DNA from: a virus | Lineage: Duplodnaviria; Caudoviricetes | DNA: 64,000 nucleotides | Reading direction: 5' to 3' (one strand) | Virus record (IMG/VR): IMGVR_UViG_3300022305_000561 | In this document: in pieces, positions 63,673 to 64,000 of the stretch | How positions within the stretch are numbered: position 1 is the stretch's first letter | Layout of the letters: each line of letters starts with the position of its first letter | Made by a program: the position numbers and the translations under genes | The notes under the pieces: model-generated | Told to the model about the DNA's origin: nothing | Databases searched by the model: none | The model's input: only the letters and a program-made list of their open reading frames with translations

Positions 63673-63933
63673 CTAGCCTCCTTGATGTCTGGTTGGCACA
63701 TCATTAGGGTTTCGTGCCACCGATCCACACCATTCTGATCCATCGTATTCAATTGGAAAATACACGAAGTCGTCAGTCCAAGCAGTGAATGGTACACCCT
63801 CAGTTTGACCAAAGCCATTGTCAAATGGCGCCTCCAGTTCTTCTTTGGACAAGGTGCAAATGAGAGTAGAGCTTTTATCACCGCTGCCCAACATTGCCCC
63901 TGCTATTTCTTCCCGCCAAGTTGTGGTACTCAT
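63673..63933 (-). CDS. conserved phage hypothetical protein
   Basis: FDNGFG..EG.PFTAWT...VYFP..YDGSEW.GSVARNP. Confidence 0.7.
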   Translation of the reverse strand: MSTTTWREEIAGAMLGSGDKSSTLICTLSKEELEAPFDNGFGQTEGVPFTAWTDDFVYFPIEYDGSEWCGSVARNPNDVPTRHQGG

Positions 63934-64000
63934 TTCGTTGTCTTTTTCCAGAAAGGCATCGGCAATAGATCATCAAGAAAATCAAGCTGATCGTACTCGA

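Noticed and set aside
1-64000. CRISPR array, tRNA or rRNA genes
   Set aside because: No regularly spaced repeats and no cloverleaf with a T-loop GTTCRA pattern were noticed in the intergenic gaps. A tRNAscan run would be needed to exclude them fully.

Overview
This 64 kb window comes from an AT-rich T4-like myovirus. Its gene set resembles cyano-/pelagi-myophages, and the lipoprotein, curli and muralytic genes point to a Gram-negative host. Positions 1-35.1 kb (minus strand) are the late structural block: gp21, head-core proteins, gp20, gp19, gp18, gp17, gp15-14-13, a mosaic tail-fibre cluster, a DUF4815/VrlC-like protein split into two ORFs, gp8, gp7, gp6, gp25, PAAR, a two-gene gp5, gp27-like, gp53 and gp48. 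Positions 35.2-40.5 kb (plus strand) carry gp4, gp2, gp54-like, a relocated gp16, and gp26/gp51-like genes joined by a candidate -1 frameshift ahead of the tape measure gene. Positions 40.6-51 kb hold gp32, gp59, gp33, ClpP, a SleB-like hydrolase, an exonuclease, PhoH and three free-standing endonuclease genes or remnants. Positions 51.1-58.4 kb form an envelope/signalling island: two holin-like paralogues, CsgF, CsgG, a curlin-repeat protein, a FecR-domain protein and a holin, converging on a GH19 endolysin and a CHASE2 adenylate cyclase. Positions 58.5-64 kb are small early genes behind repeated sigma70-type promoter cassettes. The most notable observations are: (1) a covarying hairpin cassette (late promoter, stem/CGC/stem/C hairpin, TCTAA, RBS) in three copies, two ahead of GIY-YIG-like genes and one ORF-less copy that splits the cyclase in frame; (2) the curli-FecR-CHASE2 cyclase module embedded among lysis genes; (3) a G/GT-type frameshift signal before the tape measure gene; (4) an orphan promoter pointing antisense into the late operon that shares a 30-nt leader with the clpP promoter. 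No tRNA, rRNA or CRISPR array was seen. All calls come from motif recognition by eye; no database searches were run.
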